The position numbers and the translations under genes are program-made. A stretch of 64,000 bases of DNA from Candidatus Latescibacterota bacterium (GTDB lineage: Bacteria > Latescibacterota > UBA2968 > GCA-2709665): assembly GCA_963662665.2 (NCBI GenBank), contig CAXXJS010000040.1:224001-288000 (forward strand), given 5' to 3'. The notes below the pieces were generated by a model. It ran no database searches, was not told the origin of the DNA, and was given only the letters and a program-made list of their open reading frames with translations. Below, in pieces: positions 1 to 12,400 of this stretch. Position 1 is the stretch's first letter. The number at the start of each line of letters is the position of its first letter.

Positions 1-1
1 G

Positions 2-130
2 TTGATCATGGGAAAGGGTCTTTCGTTTCAATTGGCGACGCCGTTACCTGATGCGGTTCCGGCTGACGAGTACCTTGCGAAAGAGCGTGAGATCCGCGTC
101 GCCACCGTAATCCCGCACTTAATGGAATAA
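2..130 (+). CDS. 3' end of an unknown CDS (partial)
   Basis: Open frame from the window edge (LIMGKGLSFQ...PHLME) to TAA at 128-130. Confidence 0.35.
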   Translation: MIMGKGLSFQLATPLPDAVPADEYLAKEREIRVATVIPHLME

Positions 131-250
131 ATCAAAGGACAACAACCTACATTTAATGCCCGTTCGACGCACTGTCAAGGGGCATCGCACAGGCTACGGT
201 CATTCCATCGTGGTAGCGGTCAACACAGGTCGGTTTATATGCGCACCGGT

Positions 251-991
251 CTACTCCACAGCGAAAACCCGGTTACGCGATGGCAGGCTGACGATCTTCG
301 AATAGTGGTGTACTTTCAGATCGGGATTACAGGGATCGGCGGGGGTGGGCGCTTCGATCACAAAGTCGGCGAAGTGAGGGGCGTTAAAGGCCACGAAGGC
401 GAGCGACAGGCAGTCGACAAGGCGATCGGGGCGTTTGGAAAGATCGGGGAAGGCGAGCGGACCGGTGTCGACCTGGTAGCGGTCGTCCTCGCGGCGGGTG
501 TTCATCGTCTTTACGGGACATTCGATCAGGGCACTGAGTCCGGTATCATCGTTTCGGATCTCCGTCTGCGAGACCAACGGCGCGAAGCGATACGTTTCCT
601 CGCGGATGGACGCGTTCGACGGCAATTCGCGAATGCTCTCGCCCTCGACAGTGTGGAGGTCATACCCGCCGAACATCTCCCCGTATGACTGCGTTTCCCG
701 GTACCGGTCGCTCAGACGGGCCGGACGCCGGAAGATGAGACCATACTTCGCGCTGAAGATCGGCAGGTAATCGTAGTTGTCACGTTTGAACAAGCCCCTT
801 TCATGGAACGTATTCTCGCTCTTGCAGGAGGCGGTCTGGTAGAAATCCTCGCTGATCCCCTCCCTGTCGTCGATAACGCGGGTACGTGACTCGATCCAGA
901 AGCGCACCTCGTTTGCCCGTCCCTTCCCAATCAGGAACGAACCGCCGTAATCGAGCGGGGTCATTTCGATTCCAACTACCCGAATCCCCAT
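251..991 (-). CDS. hypothetical protein
   Basis: Long ORF directly downstream of SulP; ATG at 991 abuts the SulP stop; no recognised motif. Confidence 0.65.
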   Translation of the reverse strand: MGIRVVGIEMTPLDYGGSFLIGKGRANEVRFWIESRTRVIDDREGISEDFYQTASCKSENTFHERGLFKRDNYDYLPIFSAKYGLIFRRPARLSDRYRETQSYGEMFGGYDLHTVEGESIRELPSNASIREETYRFAPLVSQTEIRNDDTGLSALIECPVKTMNTRREDDRYQVDTGPLAFPDLSKRPDRLVDCLSLAFVAFNAPHFADFVIEAPTPADPCNPDLKVHHYSKIVSLPSRNRVFAVE

Positions 992-992
992 G

Positions 993-3197
993 CTATTGCT
1001 CCGTTCCCGATGCGCCCCGTAGACGCCCTGCCAGCAGGTACCGATACAGCTTAAGCGTAAGCATTTGTTCGTTCTCCTCCAGCTTGTCCAACGCAACCGG
1101 CGTCAGCACCATCGTCCGGCAGGGTTCGTCTGCAATCACCAGCGCTGCCTCCTGCTCCGAAGCATCTGCGGGCCATATCGAATCCCCGGGCCCGACTTGA
1201 AACAAGCGAGCGCCCGCCGAATCGTACCCGGTGGCCCTGCCGGAGATCAGCAATTGCAGACCGTTTTTCGGCGCATCCTGTCTTGCGAGGGCCTCGCCTG
1301 CAGAGTACTGACATTGGTTCAACCACCTTTGCAGTTCATCCGTCAGGTCTTCGAAATCTATCTGACGCTCCAGGTAGCGTTCGAGGTCATCGGCGGCGTG
1401 CTCCAGCAGAGAGGTGCGCCGCGCGTCAGCCCTGTCGGCGTCCGCCTTCCAGGCCGACAGGAGGATCTCCTCCCCGACCTCAAGGGCGCGGTCCGCATCC
1501 GGCTCGACCAGCAACCCCGCAAATACGGCAGGCGGGAGGTTGTGCTTAAATCCGGTCTGCATACCTCCGGACAATCCGCTCAGAACGACCCGAACCCCGG
1601 CAGCACTCGCCGCCTGCAGAAACCTGCACAGGACGTTCACCGCCGAGTAGTCGAAGCCGGAAACGGCGTTGAAGTCCAGTATCAGACAAACAGGACGCGA
1701 AGCGCCCTTAAGGGAATTCCTGAGATGGTCCGCGAGGGGACACACGCTGCCGAAGAAGAGGTAGCCGCGCAGCCGGTACGCCTCCGCCCGCTCACCTTCC
1801 TCCAGCAGAATGGCGCGATCCGGGACAGGACGGGCCCTGTTGCTCCTCCGTTCGCGCGCGGTGAACCGCGACTCGACCGGGTCCACGCGGCTGAGGCGGA
1901 CAGCGAAGAACACGAGTGTGGCGAGCATCCCGACGCCTACACCCTCGATCATTCCGAAAGACGTAATCGCAACGAAGATCAGTAGAATGATGCCGTATTC
2001 CGACCATGGGAGCCGTCTGCGGCTTGCCACGAGGCCCTGGTCCAACAAGCCCACACCGGCAAAGACCAGGATTCCGCCGACGAGCGGCGCAGGAACGAGT
2101 TCCAGCATCGCGTCCCCAAGAAACAATGCCGCCCCGATCACCAGAGCGGCGACCACTCCGGTCAACCTTGTTGTGGCCCCAAGCAACTTGCTGCGCAAGG
2201 AGGCCGGCACGACAAGCGTCGCCACCGTGCCGCCGCCGAGACCGGCGACCATACTCGCAACGCCCGTCATCCGGAACTCCCGGTCCCAGTCCAACTCCTG
2301 ATTCACTGCCAGCTCCAGGCCGGCGAAATTCATCACCACGGCGATAAACGCAACCAGAATCAGCGTCAGCATGTGGGGGGCCTGTCTGGCCATGGAGGAC
2401 CATTGCACGTTTGCGAGGTCGCCCGGATACAGGGCCGGCCACAGGTTCCCGTCGGCAGTTCTGGTGAGCAGCAGGCCTTCCGCACGCGCAGCATCGCCCG
2501 AAATGCCGAGGCTGGCGAGCGCGAAGTGGTACGCGACTACGGCAAGCGCGACGCTTACCGGCAGGATCAGTGGATTCGCCCAACGCTTCATTGCGAAATA
2601 CAGAGCGACCCCATACACCACACCCGGGCTCCATTTCCAGAACGTGGATGCGTCGAAGAGCGCGGGAATCGCGTGCCAGTCCGGATCGGATCCCATCAGC
2701 GACATCGCGGCAAGACATACGGCCCCACCGATTCCGGCCACGAATCCGCCCGCCACAGGATAGGGGATAAAGCGCATCAGGTTTGCGAGCCGGAAGCGCC
2801 CGATGATGAGACAGCCCGCACCGGTGACCACTGCGGTCAGAATAAGCGCAACCGACGTCGTGACGAAAAGCGCATGGCCCTCCGCATCCATCGTGGATCC
2901 GACCGCAGCCATCACGACGACCAGTACGGGAGACAATCCCGCAATTGCTCCGCGGTACCCGCCCCCGAGGGCGATGAACAGACACGCGGTGAAATTTCCG
3001 AAAAGCACCAGCCCGACGCCCTGCGAGGAATAGGGCGCCAGAGGTCCCGAGAAGATAAAGCTCGCGAAGGCGACCTGGGCAACCATCAGACCCAGACCCG
3101 CCGTGAATCCGGCCGTCAGCGCCGGAACCGCCTTCGCGGACCGCAGGTCGGCGCGAAGCTCGAACGCGAGATCTATGAGAAAGGATTTCATCGTCAA
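993..3197 (-). CDS. SulP family anion transporter with STAS and cNMP-binding-like domains
   Basis: Many TM helices, RFIPYPVAGGF motif, STAS segment LRGYLFFGS...LDFNAVSGFD, C-terminal cNMP-like region. Confidence 0.9.
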   Translation of the reverse strand: MTMKSFLIDLAFELRADLRSAKAVPALTAGFTAGLGLMVAQVAFASFIFSGPLAPYSSQGVGLVLFGNFTACLFIALGGGYRGAIAGLSPVLVVVMAAVGSTMDAEGHALFVTTSVALILTAVVTGAGCLIIGRFRLANLMRFIPYPVAGGFVAGIGGAVCLAAMSLMGSDPDWHAIPALFDASTFWKWSPGVVYGVALYFAMKRWANPLILPVSVALAVVAYHFALASLGISGDAARAEGLLLTRTADGNLWPALYPGDLANVQWSSMARQAPHMLTLILVAFIAVVMNFAGLELAVNQELDWDREFRMTGVASMVAGLGGGTVATLVVPASLRSKLLGATTRLTGVVAALVIGAALFLGDAMLELVPAPLVGGILVFAGVGLLDQGLVASRRRLPWSEYGIILLIFVAITSFGMIEGVGVGMLATLVFFAVRLSRVDPVESRFTARERRSNRARPVPDRAILLEEGERAEAYRLRGYLFFGSVCPLADHLRNSLKGASRPVCLILDFNAVSGFDYSAVNVLCRFLQAASAAGVRVVLSGLSGGMQTGFKHNLPPAVFAGLLVEPDADRALEVGEEILLSAWKADADRADARRTSLLEHAADDLERYLERQIDFEDLTDELQRWLNQCQYSAGEALARQDAPKNGLQLLISGRATGYDSAGARLFQVGPGDSIWPADASEQEAALVIADEPCRTMVLTPVALDKLEENEQMLTLKLYRYLLAGRLRGASGTEQ

Positions 3198-4255
3198 TCG
3201 TCCAGGGGCAGCCTGACGGCTTCACCGGTACGGGACGAGCGGTAGGCCGCCAGGGCGATCTCCACGGCCGCCCGGCCGTCTTCTCCCGTGACCGGAGGCG
3301 GCGTGTCGTTTACGATGCATGCGATAAAGTCCCTTACCTCGTCAGCAAACGCCTTCTGCCGCGGGTCCTCCACCGACGCGTGGTCGTACACCGTTTCCCA
3401 TTCCCTCGTGTCCTCACGGGCGATCTTGACCTTGTTGTAGGGATCGACCTCCATCAGCCCCTTCTCACCAATGAGTTCCGCGCCGCAACTGAAACCCCTC
3501 CAGCCGGGCGGAGGGAGGGCCTCGGAATAGATAAGGTGGGCGCTGCCGCCGTTCCGGAAGCCAATCATCACCATGTTGGACGTGATGTCTCCAGGGACCT
3601 CCGTGCGTAACGAATAGGACCGGGCGAACACATAGTCTGCTTCGCATTCGAACCACCAGCGCAATCTGTCGATATTGTGTACTCCCCACGCGATAAGGCC
3701 GCCGGGACCGTAGAGATCCAGGTCCGTGAACCACGCCCGGTTGGGATCGGGCTTGCGGTATCCCGGCGTGGCCAGCGTATCCCTGCACATGAGCAGCCTC
3801 CCGATGACGCCCTCCTGCAGAAGTCGTTTGGATAGTGCGTCGCCTTCCCAGTACCGATGGCTCTGCGCGACCATGAGTTTGCGGTCCGCACGACGCGCCG
3901 CCTGAATAATGGCGTCGCATTTATCCAGGGTCAGCTCCAGTGGCTTTTCCACGAGGGCATGTTTGCCCGCCTCGAGCGCGGCAATGGCGTGTTCGGCGTG
4001 CAGAGCGTGGGGCGTGGTCACGATAACGGCGTGGATATCGTCCCTGGCAACAAGCGACTCCAGGCTATTCTCATAGTCCAGGTCGTACAGTCCGGCAAGG
4101 CCGGGGCCAACGCCCGGAATATTGGCGGGGTCGTTCAAGGCAACGGCTTCGCCGTACTTCACGTCTCTCAGGGCGTCGATATGGGTACGCCCCATCTTCC
4201 CCGCGCCTACGATGCCCACGCGCACGCGTTCCATAGGGATCCTCTCAGGTGTCAA
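3194..4255 (-). CDS. Gfo/Idh/MocA family oxidoreductase
   Basis: GIVGAGKMG Rossmann motif; GKHALVEKP motif. Confidence 0.92.
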   Translation of the reverse strand: MTPERIPMERVRVGIVGAGKMGRTHIDALRDVKYGEAVALNDPANIPGVGPGLAGLYDLDYENSLESLVARDDIHAVIVTTPHALHAEHAIAALEAGKHALVEKPLELTLDKCDAIIQAARRADRKLMVAQSHRYWEGDALSKRLLQEGVIGRLLMCRDTLATPGYRKPDPNRAWFTDLDLYGPGGLIAWGVHNIDRLRWWFECEADYVFARSYSLRTEVPGDITSNMVMIGFRNGGSAHLIYSEALPPPGWRGFSCGAELIGEKGLMEVDPYNKVKIAREDTREWETVYDHASVEDPRQKAFADEVRDFIACIVNDTPPPVTGEDGRAAVEIALAAYRSSRTGEAVRLPLDD

Positions 4256-4282
4256 TTGAGGCGATTCATTGGACTCATCATG

Positions 4283-5179
4283 TTACATAAGGCGTTTTCG
4301 TTTTGCCAGATAGTTGAACAGAACCGTATCGAAGGGACTGGCGGTGTCCAGAAGGACGTAGTCGATGAGGCTTTCACGGCATTCGCGGCCGAATTGCCCG
4401 GTAAGCGCATCCATATGCTCCCTGTAATCGGAGGCCACGTGCCAGGGTTCGGTGGTGACGGAGGCGCCGGATTCGAGGTCGACGAACCGGGTTTCACGGC
4501 CGAAATCGAGATCGCGTTCTCTGGGGTCCTGTATGTGGAAGACGATGACTTCGTGCTTTCGGTGGCGAAAGTGCTTCAGACCGGACAGCAGGGAGCGCGG
4601 GTCGTCCATCAGGTCCGACAGGACCACGATAAGGCCGCGGCGCACAATGCGTTCGGCAAGGCTGTGGAAAGTGGTGGCCAGGTCGGTGTCTTCGCCCTCG
4701 GGGTGGGTATTCTGCAGCGTTCCAAGCAGGGCGTGAAGATGCGTACCCGCCGACCTCGGCGGCAGGTAGGTGCGGATGCTTCGGTCGAATGAGACCAGGC
4801 CGACGGCGTCGCGCTGGCGCAGCATCAGGTAGGAAAGCGCGGCAGCGGTATAGGCAGCATACTGAAATTTGGTGATGCCATTGGAACCGTAGGCCATGGA
4901 CGCGCTGGCGTCCAGGAGGATGTACGCCTTCAGGTTCGTTTCTTCTTCGTACTGTTTCACGTACAACCTGTCGGTTTTACCGTAGACCTTCCAGTCCACG
5001 TTGCGCAGCGGGTCACCCGGTATATACTGACGATATTCGGAGAATTCAACCGAGAATCCGTGATAGGGACTCTGGTGCAGGCCCGTGATGAATCCCTCGA
5101 CCACGAGGCGGGCAACCAGATCGAGGCGGGAAAGTCGGGCGACAACTTCGGGCTGAAGATACGTGCGGAAATCGGGCAT
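4283..5179 (-). CDS. DUF58 domain protein (MoxR-associated, VWA-like)
   Basis: GFSVEFSEYRQY.PGD..R.VDWKVYG, LLDASASM; next to MoxR; start taken at MPDFRTYL. Confidence 0.92.
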   Translation of the reverse strand: MPDFRTYLQPEVVARLSRLDLVARLVVEGFITGLHQSPYHGFSVEFSEYRQYIPGDPLRNVDWKVYGKTDRLYVKQYEEETNLKAYILLDASASMAYGSNGITKFQYAAYTAAALSYLMLRQRDAVGLVSFDRSIRTYLPPRSAGTHLHALLGTLQNTHPEGEDTDLATTFHSLAERIVRRGLIVVLSDLMDDPRSLLSGLKHFRHRKHEVIVFHIQDPRERDLDFGRETRFVDLESGASVTTEPWHVASDYREHMDALTGQFGRECRESLIDYVLLDTASPFDTVLFNYLAKRKRLM

Positions 5180-5198
5180 CGGGTCGGGAACTGCGGCG

Positions 5199-6194
<996 letters not shown>

Positions 6195-6276
6195 GTTCGT
6201 GCATTCCTTCGCGGGGCGGACGTAACCGTTTTCGCCAAATCTCCAGGAAACCGGCTGCTGGCCGCCGGGTTTATGC

Positions 6277-7635
6277 TCACGTCTTCCGTTCTTGTTTTTT
6301 GGCTGCGGGGAACAAGATGTTGTTCAATATGAGGCGATAGCCCGGGGAGTTACGGCGCAGGGCGAGTTGGGTGGGCGGGTCGCCGACGAAGTGGCGATAG
6401 TCTTCCGGATCGTGCCCGGCGTAAAAGGTAAATGTGCCGCGTCCCACGTTTCCGTGGATGTATTTGACCTGGTCCGTGCCGCTGACCTCGCCCATAATGG
6501 TGATCGACTTCTTGATTCGACTTTTGCGAAACGCGGTGGTCTGCCCCAGAAATCCACGGACGACGGGCACGTGATTCTGGGTGAGCATGGCGGGCACAGG
6601 ATCGAATTTGGCTGAGAATTCAAACAGGGTGAACGCATCGGCGTCGGGCCCCCGGAACTGCGCCCCGGTGGCGGGCGAGACGTCTATGTCCGCGTGTTCG
6701 TATTCGTTGGGGTCCGTAACCAGGGAAAAGTTCTCAAAGGCGACGGTTCTTGAAAAGTCCAGCCTGGCCTGTGCGTCAGGGTCAGGCGGGTCTCCGTCGT
6801 AGACGGTATCCACAATGTCGACGCCGGTGGCGGCCAGCGCAATATCAAACGTGTCCGTCGCGGAACACATGGCGAACACGAACCCGCCATTGGAGATGTA
6901 TTGCTGAATTGCCAGCGCAATGGCGCCCTTTTGTGCGGAGACCTTATTGAAACCGAGGCGATTGGCAAGGCTTTCGAACTGGGTCTGCTGGCGGCGGTAC
7001 CAAAGTTCGCGGCCATGGCTTCGGTAGAACTTCCCGAATTGACCCGTGAAATCTTCGTGATGCAAATGCAGCCAGTCGTACTCGGAAAGTTTCCCCGCCA
7101 GCACTTCCTCGTCCCAGAGGACGTCGTATGGAATTTCGGCGTAGGACAGCGCCAGCGTGACGGCGTCGTCCCAGGGTTGTTTGTTGGGTGGCGTATACAC
7201 TGCAATCTTCGGCGCCTTATCCAGCCGGACCGGGTTCATGTTTCCGTGCTCGATCTCCGCGTAGATTCGAGCGGCCTCGGCTCCGGTGATTCGCTCGAAA
7301 TCGACGTCGCGCAGACGCGCCTCCCCGGCCGCCGCTTCCACGTAGTCCATCATGAAGGCGCCGCCCCGGTAGTTGAGCAGCCACTCCACGTCGATACGGT
7401 GCTGAAGCGCCCAATAGGCCAGCCCATAGGCCTTGAGATGGTTGGTCTGCCCAAGATCCATGGGGATGAGCAGTTTGTTTGCGGCCGCATCCGAAATGGC
7501 ACCGAACAGGCAAAACGTCAGCGCCAGGACGAAGACAAGGCGGACGGGAGGCGTGCGCGAAGGATACCCCGAGCGCATGTTCCCGCGTATGCCCGTGAAA
7601 GGCGGCTTTCGGTACGTCCGGCAATGTGTTTTCAC
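6277..7635 (-). CDS. conserved exported protein of the FCB family often labelled 'asparagine synthetase B' (function unverified)
   Basis: LIPMD..Q.NHLKAYG, QPWDDAVTL, DWLHLHHEDFTGQ.GKFY, GYRLILNN motifs; signal peptide; start may be 7578. Confidence 0.8.
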   Translation of the reverse strand: MKTHCRTYRKPPFTGIRGNMRSGYPSRTPPVRLVFVLALTFCLFGAISDAAANKLLIPMDLGQTNHLKAYGLAYWALQHRIDVEWLLNYRGGAFMMDYVEAAAGEARLRDVDFERITGAEAARIYAEIEHGNMNPVRLDKAPKIAVYTPPNKQPWDDAVTLALSYAEIPYDVLWDEEVLAGKLSEYDWLHLHHEDFTGQFGKFYRSHGRELWYRRQQTQFESLANRLGFNKVSAQKGAIALAIQQYISNGGFVFAMCSATDTFDIALAATGVDIVDTVYDGDPPDPDAQARLDFSRTVAFENFSLVTDPNEYEHADIDVSPATGAQFRGPDADAFTLFEFSAKFDPVPAMLTQNHVPVVRGFLGQTTAFRKSRIKKSITIMGEVSGTDQVKYIHGNVGRGTFTFYAGHDPEDYRHFVGDPPTQLALRRNSPGYRLILNNILFPAAKKQERKT

Positions 7636-9462
7636 CTATCCGGGCTCCCTGCGGTTGGTTTCAAGCGCCTTGAGTTTCTCTCGAAGCGCCCGAACCTGTT
7701 CCCGGGCTTCCTCCGCTTCCAGGCTGTGCGGATACGATGCCAGCACGGATTCGTATGTGTGCAGAGCGTCGAGGTATTGGCCCAGTTTCTGATCGTAGAT
7801 CCTGCCTATGGTGACCATCGCCCGTGAGCACAGCGGGCTCCACGGGACGCTTGCAAGCAGGCGCCGAGACATCCGGATGGCGTCGTTGTACCTGCCGAGG
7901 CTGTCCAGAAGCGCAATCTGCGTTGCCAGGGCGCGGTCCAGAAGCCGCGACTTCGGATGGGTTTGCACAAACGTCCGGAACGCGCCAAGGGCCGCTTCAG
8001 GTTGCCGTCTGCGGACAAACCTGGACGCGGCAGCAAAGGATTGAAGCACCCGGACGTCTTCATGGTCTGCCTGCTCGAGCAGGACCGAGAGCGCCAGCGC
8101 ATCGTTAAACGCGAATCGGTTGGACGCCCCCGCCAGAAGGCTGTCTATAATGGACCGTGCGGCGTCGATGTCACCGGAAAAAAAACGACACTCCGCAACG
8201 CCTAAGAGGGCCTGAGCGGCGGCGTCCTTGCCCTCCTGCTCCCGTGCAACGCGGGCGAAAACCGTTTCAGCTTCGGCAAGCCGGTCCGAAATAACCATCA
8301 TATCCGCGATTTCGAAGAGCGCTTGATAACGCCAGGAAGAACGCCTCGTCGCCCCGGCGACCACGCGGAATGCACTCATTGCGGCCGCGGTATCCCGATA
8401 GGCCCGGCGCAGAAGTCGACCCAGGCGATAACCGGCCTCTTGCGCGGACAGGGTTCCCGGATATCTGCCAATCAGACTCCGGTACAGGGCCGCAGCCGTG
8501 TCGACCCGCGCCAATTCTTCGTTCGCCCTTCCCAGACCCAGCAGTGCGCCGGGCAAACGGTGGGTGGCGCCGGAGGCGGTCAGAAGCATTTGATAGGCGA
8601 CGGCCGCTGTCGCGAACCGGCCGGCGTCGAAGGCTTGTCTGGCGAGACGCAGCAGTTGCGTCTTTTGGAATGAATCAAGACGTGGAAACGTCGCAAAGAC
8701 CTGCAGCGCCGGGTCCTCACGACCTGCTGCGAGGGCATATTCCGTGAATAGCCGAAGAGAACGCTCATCTCGCGGATGCGCCTGGACCTCCCGACCGAGT
8801 GTGGCGAGAATCCGGTCCTGTTGATTGCCCTCCCTCGCGTAATGCCGGAAGCGTGATTCGACCGGCCCGACAGTTTGAGGTTGTTGCCGAACAAGAACCA
8901 GGTATTCAACGACAGCATCGTGATAACGCAGGAGCCGTTCCGAGATTTCAGCCATCTCCCTGGCGAACAGCCGCGGGTTTTTCAGGGCACTACGTCCCTG
9001 CAGGCAAACGGAAAGGGCCCGTGAAGGGAGGTTGTGTTTCAGGAAGCGGTTCGCAACCCTCGCAAAGGTTCCCTCATCGGCAACTTGCGTGACGATATGG
9101 TTCCAATTGGCAATTGCCTCCTGCAGTTTGCCCGTTTCGGACTGAATGTCCGCAAGCCGAAAACGGACCGACCTGTCCTGCGGTCTCTCTTTCAGATAGG
9201 ACTCCAGGAGGCGGATGGCTTCGCCACGCCGGCCGGTACGGTAGAGCAGCGATTCCATACGAATGAGAATGTCCGCACGGTCCGGATACCGTTTCAAGAG
9301 TCTGCGGTAAAGCCGCAGCGCTCCCTTCAGGTCGCCGGAAGCCTGCTTCGCATCGGCCAGTTTCAGTGTTTCCCGGGCGGTGCCCGCGGTGAGGCCCACC
9401 GGCGCGATCAGCAGAATTGCCGCAAGCACCGGGAATGTGCAGGACAAAGTCCGCGTCTTCAT
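7636..9462 (-). CDS. tetratricopeptide repeat protein
   Basis: Signal peptide and repeated TPR-like helices (A...Y..LL..YP). Confidence 0.85.
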   Translation of the reverse strand: MKTRTLSCTFPVLAAILLIAPVGLTAGTARETLKLADAKQASGDLKGALRLYRRLLKRYPDRADILIRMESLLYRTGRRGEAIRLLESYLKERPQDRSVRFRLADIQSETGKLQEAIANWNHIVTQVADEGTFARVANRFLKHNLPSRALSVCLQGRSALKNPRLFAREMAEISERLLRYHDAVVEYLVLVRQQPQTVGPVESRFRHYAREGNQQDRILATLGREVQAHPRDERSLRLFTEYALAAGREDPALQVFATFPRLDSFQKTQLLRLARQAFDAGRFATAAVAYQMLLTASGATHRLPGALLGLGRANEELARVDTAAALYRSLIGRYPGTLSAQEAGYRLGRLLRRAYRDTAAAMSAFRVVAGATRRSSWRYQALFEIADMMVISDRLAEAETVFARVAREQEGKDAAAQALLGVAECRFFSGDIDAARSIIDSLLAGASNRFAFNDALALSVLLEQADHEDVRVLQSFAAASRFVRRRQPEAALGAFRTFVQTHPKSRLLDRALATQIALLDSLGRYNDAIRMSRRLLASVPWSPLCSRAMVTIGRIYDQKLGQYLDALHTYESVLASYPHSLEAEEAREQVRALREKLKALETNRREPG

Positions 9463-12400
9463 TGGGAATCTTCACCCTTCAGTGCGTCCTGCATCAACGT
9501 TTCGAAGTAGATCCGGATGAGACGCTGGTATTCGGCGGCAAAGCCCGCATCGAGTGCCTCCCCCAGACGTCTTCGGAGCGGGTTGTCGGCTTCGCCCAGA
9601 TTCGGAGGCAATGAACCCGGACCCCGGTAAGCGAGGTCCGACCCCCGCCGTGCCCGCCGTTCTTTGCTTCGGCCGCGTTCCCGAATCGATCGCTGTGCAT
9701 CCAGCAGGCGCGTGAGAATCCTGCGCTGGCGTTTCAGCGTTCGGCTGCCCGCGCGCTGGTTTTTCATCTCATGAATAACAGCCTCCATCTCAGAAGCTAT
9801 ATTGTCGAGATCGCCCAGGAGCGCCTGTCGTCGGCTGCCCATTCCCAGGCGGACTTCCTCCAGCGCCCGTTGGATGGCTCTCTGCCGGGCGGCCATTCGG
9901 GCGAGGCCCAACTGCTGACCGTCCCCTCCCTCGGTCGGACGCGCACCGAGCATGGATTCACTCTGTGCGTTCAGCCCCTTCTGCTGATCTGCCAGTTCCT
10001 GCATACGCTGGAGCATTTCTTCAAGACCCACCGAAGAACTTGCGGCGGCGATGTCTTTAACAACCTTCCGGAGCGCCACAGCCGCTTCGTTCAGGGCGCC
10101 CATGGCGTCCTTTCCGGTACCGGTAGCCCGGGTACCGTGGCCGGACTGAATATGACCGGCAGTCTCATGGATCTTGATGAGCGCCCGGCCCAGCGCCGCG
10201 CCGGTTTCAGGCGTTACAAAATACGTCGTATGAGCGGCTGCCATCAGGTGGTCCGTCAGACGCGTCACCCCCGCCAGAATACGGGCCTGTTCGATCGCCA
10301 GCGCAGTCGGATCACTGTCCCTTGAAATGTCCCCCGCACTGCGCGCGGTCTTTTCCTGTGCCGCGGAAAGGCCAAGCAGGTTGTGCGTCAACTGATCAAG
10401 TTGCCGTGTCAGCGCTTCTTTCCGGCGACTGACGAAGCCCTGCCTCGCCGCATCGAGGTCTTTCGCGAACCTGTTGAGGTCTCCCGCTATGCGTGCGCCC
10501 CGGGATTGAGCGGACCCCGCTGCTCCCTTGAGGAGATCCCCACTGACGCGCCCCATTCTCTCCGTGATGCGCTGCGCTTCAAACCGGTCCGACAGGCGTT
10601 GCAGTTCGTTCATCGCGTTCGGGTCGCCCGTCATTTTCCGGGCAGTTTGCGCAAGTTCGTCCTCGAATAGTCCGGCCTGCCTTTCAATCGCGTCCTGCTT
10701 CCCTGCCAGGGACGACGGATCGGGTTCGTCCCGGATGTTTTCAACCACGCGCCGCTGCGCTTCGGTCAGCGCTTCCGCGGCTCGGACCAGCGCCTCAAGG
10801 GCCTGCTCCTTGCGCAGTTGTTGCAGCAGGGCGATTGTCCGCTCCAGCGCTTGTTGAAAGCCTTTCTGTTCGGCGCGAAACGCCTTCAGCGCCGTCTCCA
10901 CGGCTTCAGGATCGACGCGCTGCATCGCGCTGCGGAGTTCCTCCATAGCTTCTCTCATCCCGGGCGTTTCAATTTCGGAAAGCAGTTCGTGTATCTGGTC
11001 CAGCTTTTGAAGGGTTTCCTCCCCCAGCACACCGCTCTGTTGCAATCTGTCGAGGGTTTCTTCGAGTTTCCCTTTTTCCTTCCGGAGTTGTTCAGCGGCG
11101 CCGGCGTGGTCATCGATTGCGGTTTCCAGTTCCTTACGATGCTGCCATTGCATCTGACGTTCCTTCAACAATCGGCGCGCAATCTCTTCAAGGCGTTCCC
11201 GTACTGCCTCCCCGCTCTCCTGAATGGCTGCCATCCGTTCCAGACCCTCTTCCTGCACCCGTTGCGCCTGCCGGTGAATCTCCAGCAAAGTTGGAAAGCG
11301 AATTGTGAAGGCCGGTGTTTCCGCTATGCCGGGACCGGATATGGCGTTGGCGTCATACGCGCGTAACCGGTAGACGATGCGATCGCCCGGCAGCAAGTCC
11401 AGGCTCGAAAGATCCCAGACGTGGGTCCGGGTGAGTTCTCCGGCGCCCGGGTTATCCAGGGGGACAGCGAGGTTTGACGCCCCTTCGTCATCGTTCAGGC
11501 TGTAACGGATTTCGATCCGGGCAACGCCAAAATCGTCACGGGCTTCAACGAACAGGGGAACGAGCATGTTCTCCCCAAGTTCGGTGTCTTTGCCCGGGCG
11601 GAGGAGGCGGATTTCAGGAGGATGGTCCTGAAGGGCCACAACGCGGTATTCTACAGGATTGGCGCTGGATATACCGTGTGTGTCGCGAAGAGCGACTGTA
11701 TATCGCCGGTTCCGTTTAACGGCCAGGTTGACAAGAGCGAAAGTTCCGTTAATTTGCGCTGTAGACGCGATGCTGTCGTCGAAGACGATTTCAGCCGTAC
11801 TCAACGGATGGCTGGATTCGACATGAAGGGTGGTCGAAGTCCCCGTAATGGCCACAATATCGCCGCCGTCCACGTCGCGGACGTCCTCCAACCCTGTATA
11901 GGCCGGATAGCGGTTGTCGTGGCTAAGCCGTACGACCACCGGCCGGGGCTTTGCGGTAACCGTATAAACCGGCGTCACCGCGTCGTTCGCTCGAAGTCGG
12001 TACTGAAACGACCGTTTTACGACGGGCATCCTGTGCGCGATCCGCGCGTTGCGGACCCTGATCTCGAGGGGAGTCCACGTGTCGTTCTCCCTTAAATGGA
12101 CATGGGCATGAAGGGGCACAAGACCTGTAAGGGTCGCCGATATTGCAAAGGGTTCGCCAGCGATGATTTCAGCGCTACCGGGATGGGTGGCAATGAATGT
12201 TTCGGGCGGCCGGACGTAGGCCGTCGCAGGATGGGCAAGGCGGCGGGCGGCGGCGGTAAGCGGTCCGGGCAGGATCGTGAACGCAAGGAGGATGGCCATG
12301 CCCAGCGCGCCGCAAAGGGCGGCCATTCGCAGAGGCGGGGTGCGGGGAACCAGGGGATCCAGGTTCAGATTCGCGAGGGTTTCATCCGCCTGCATAACAG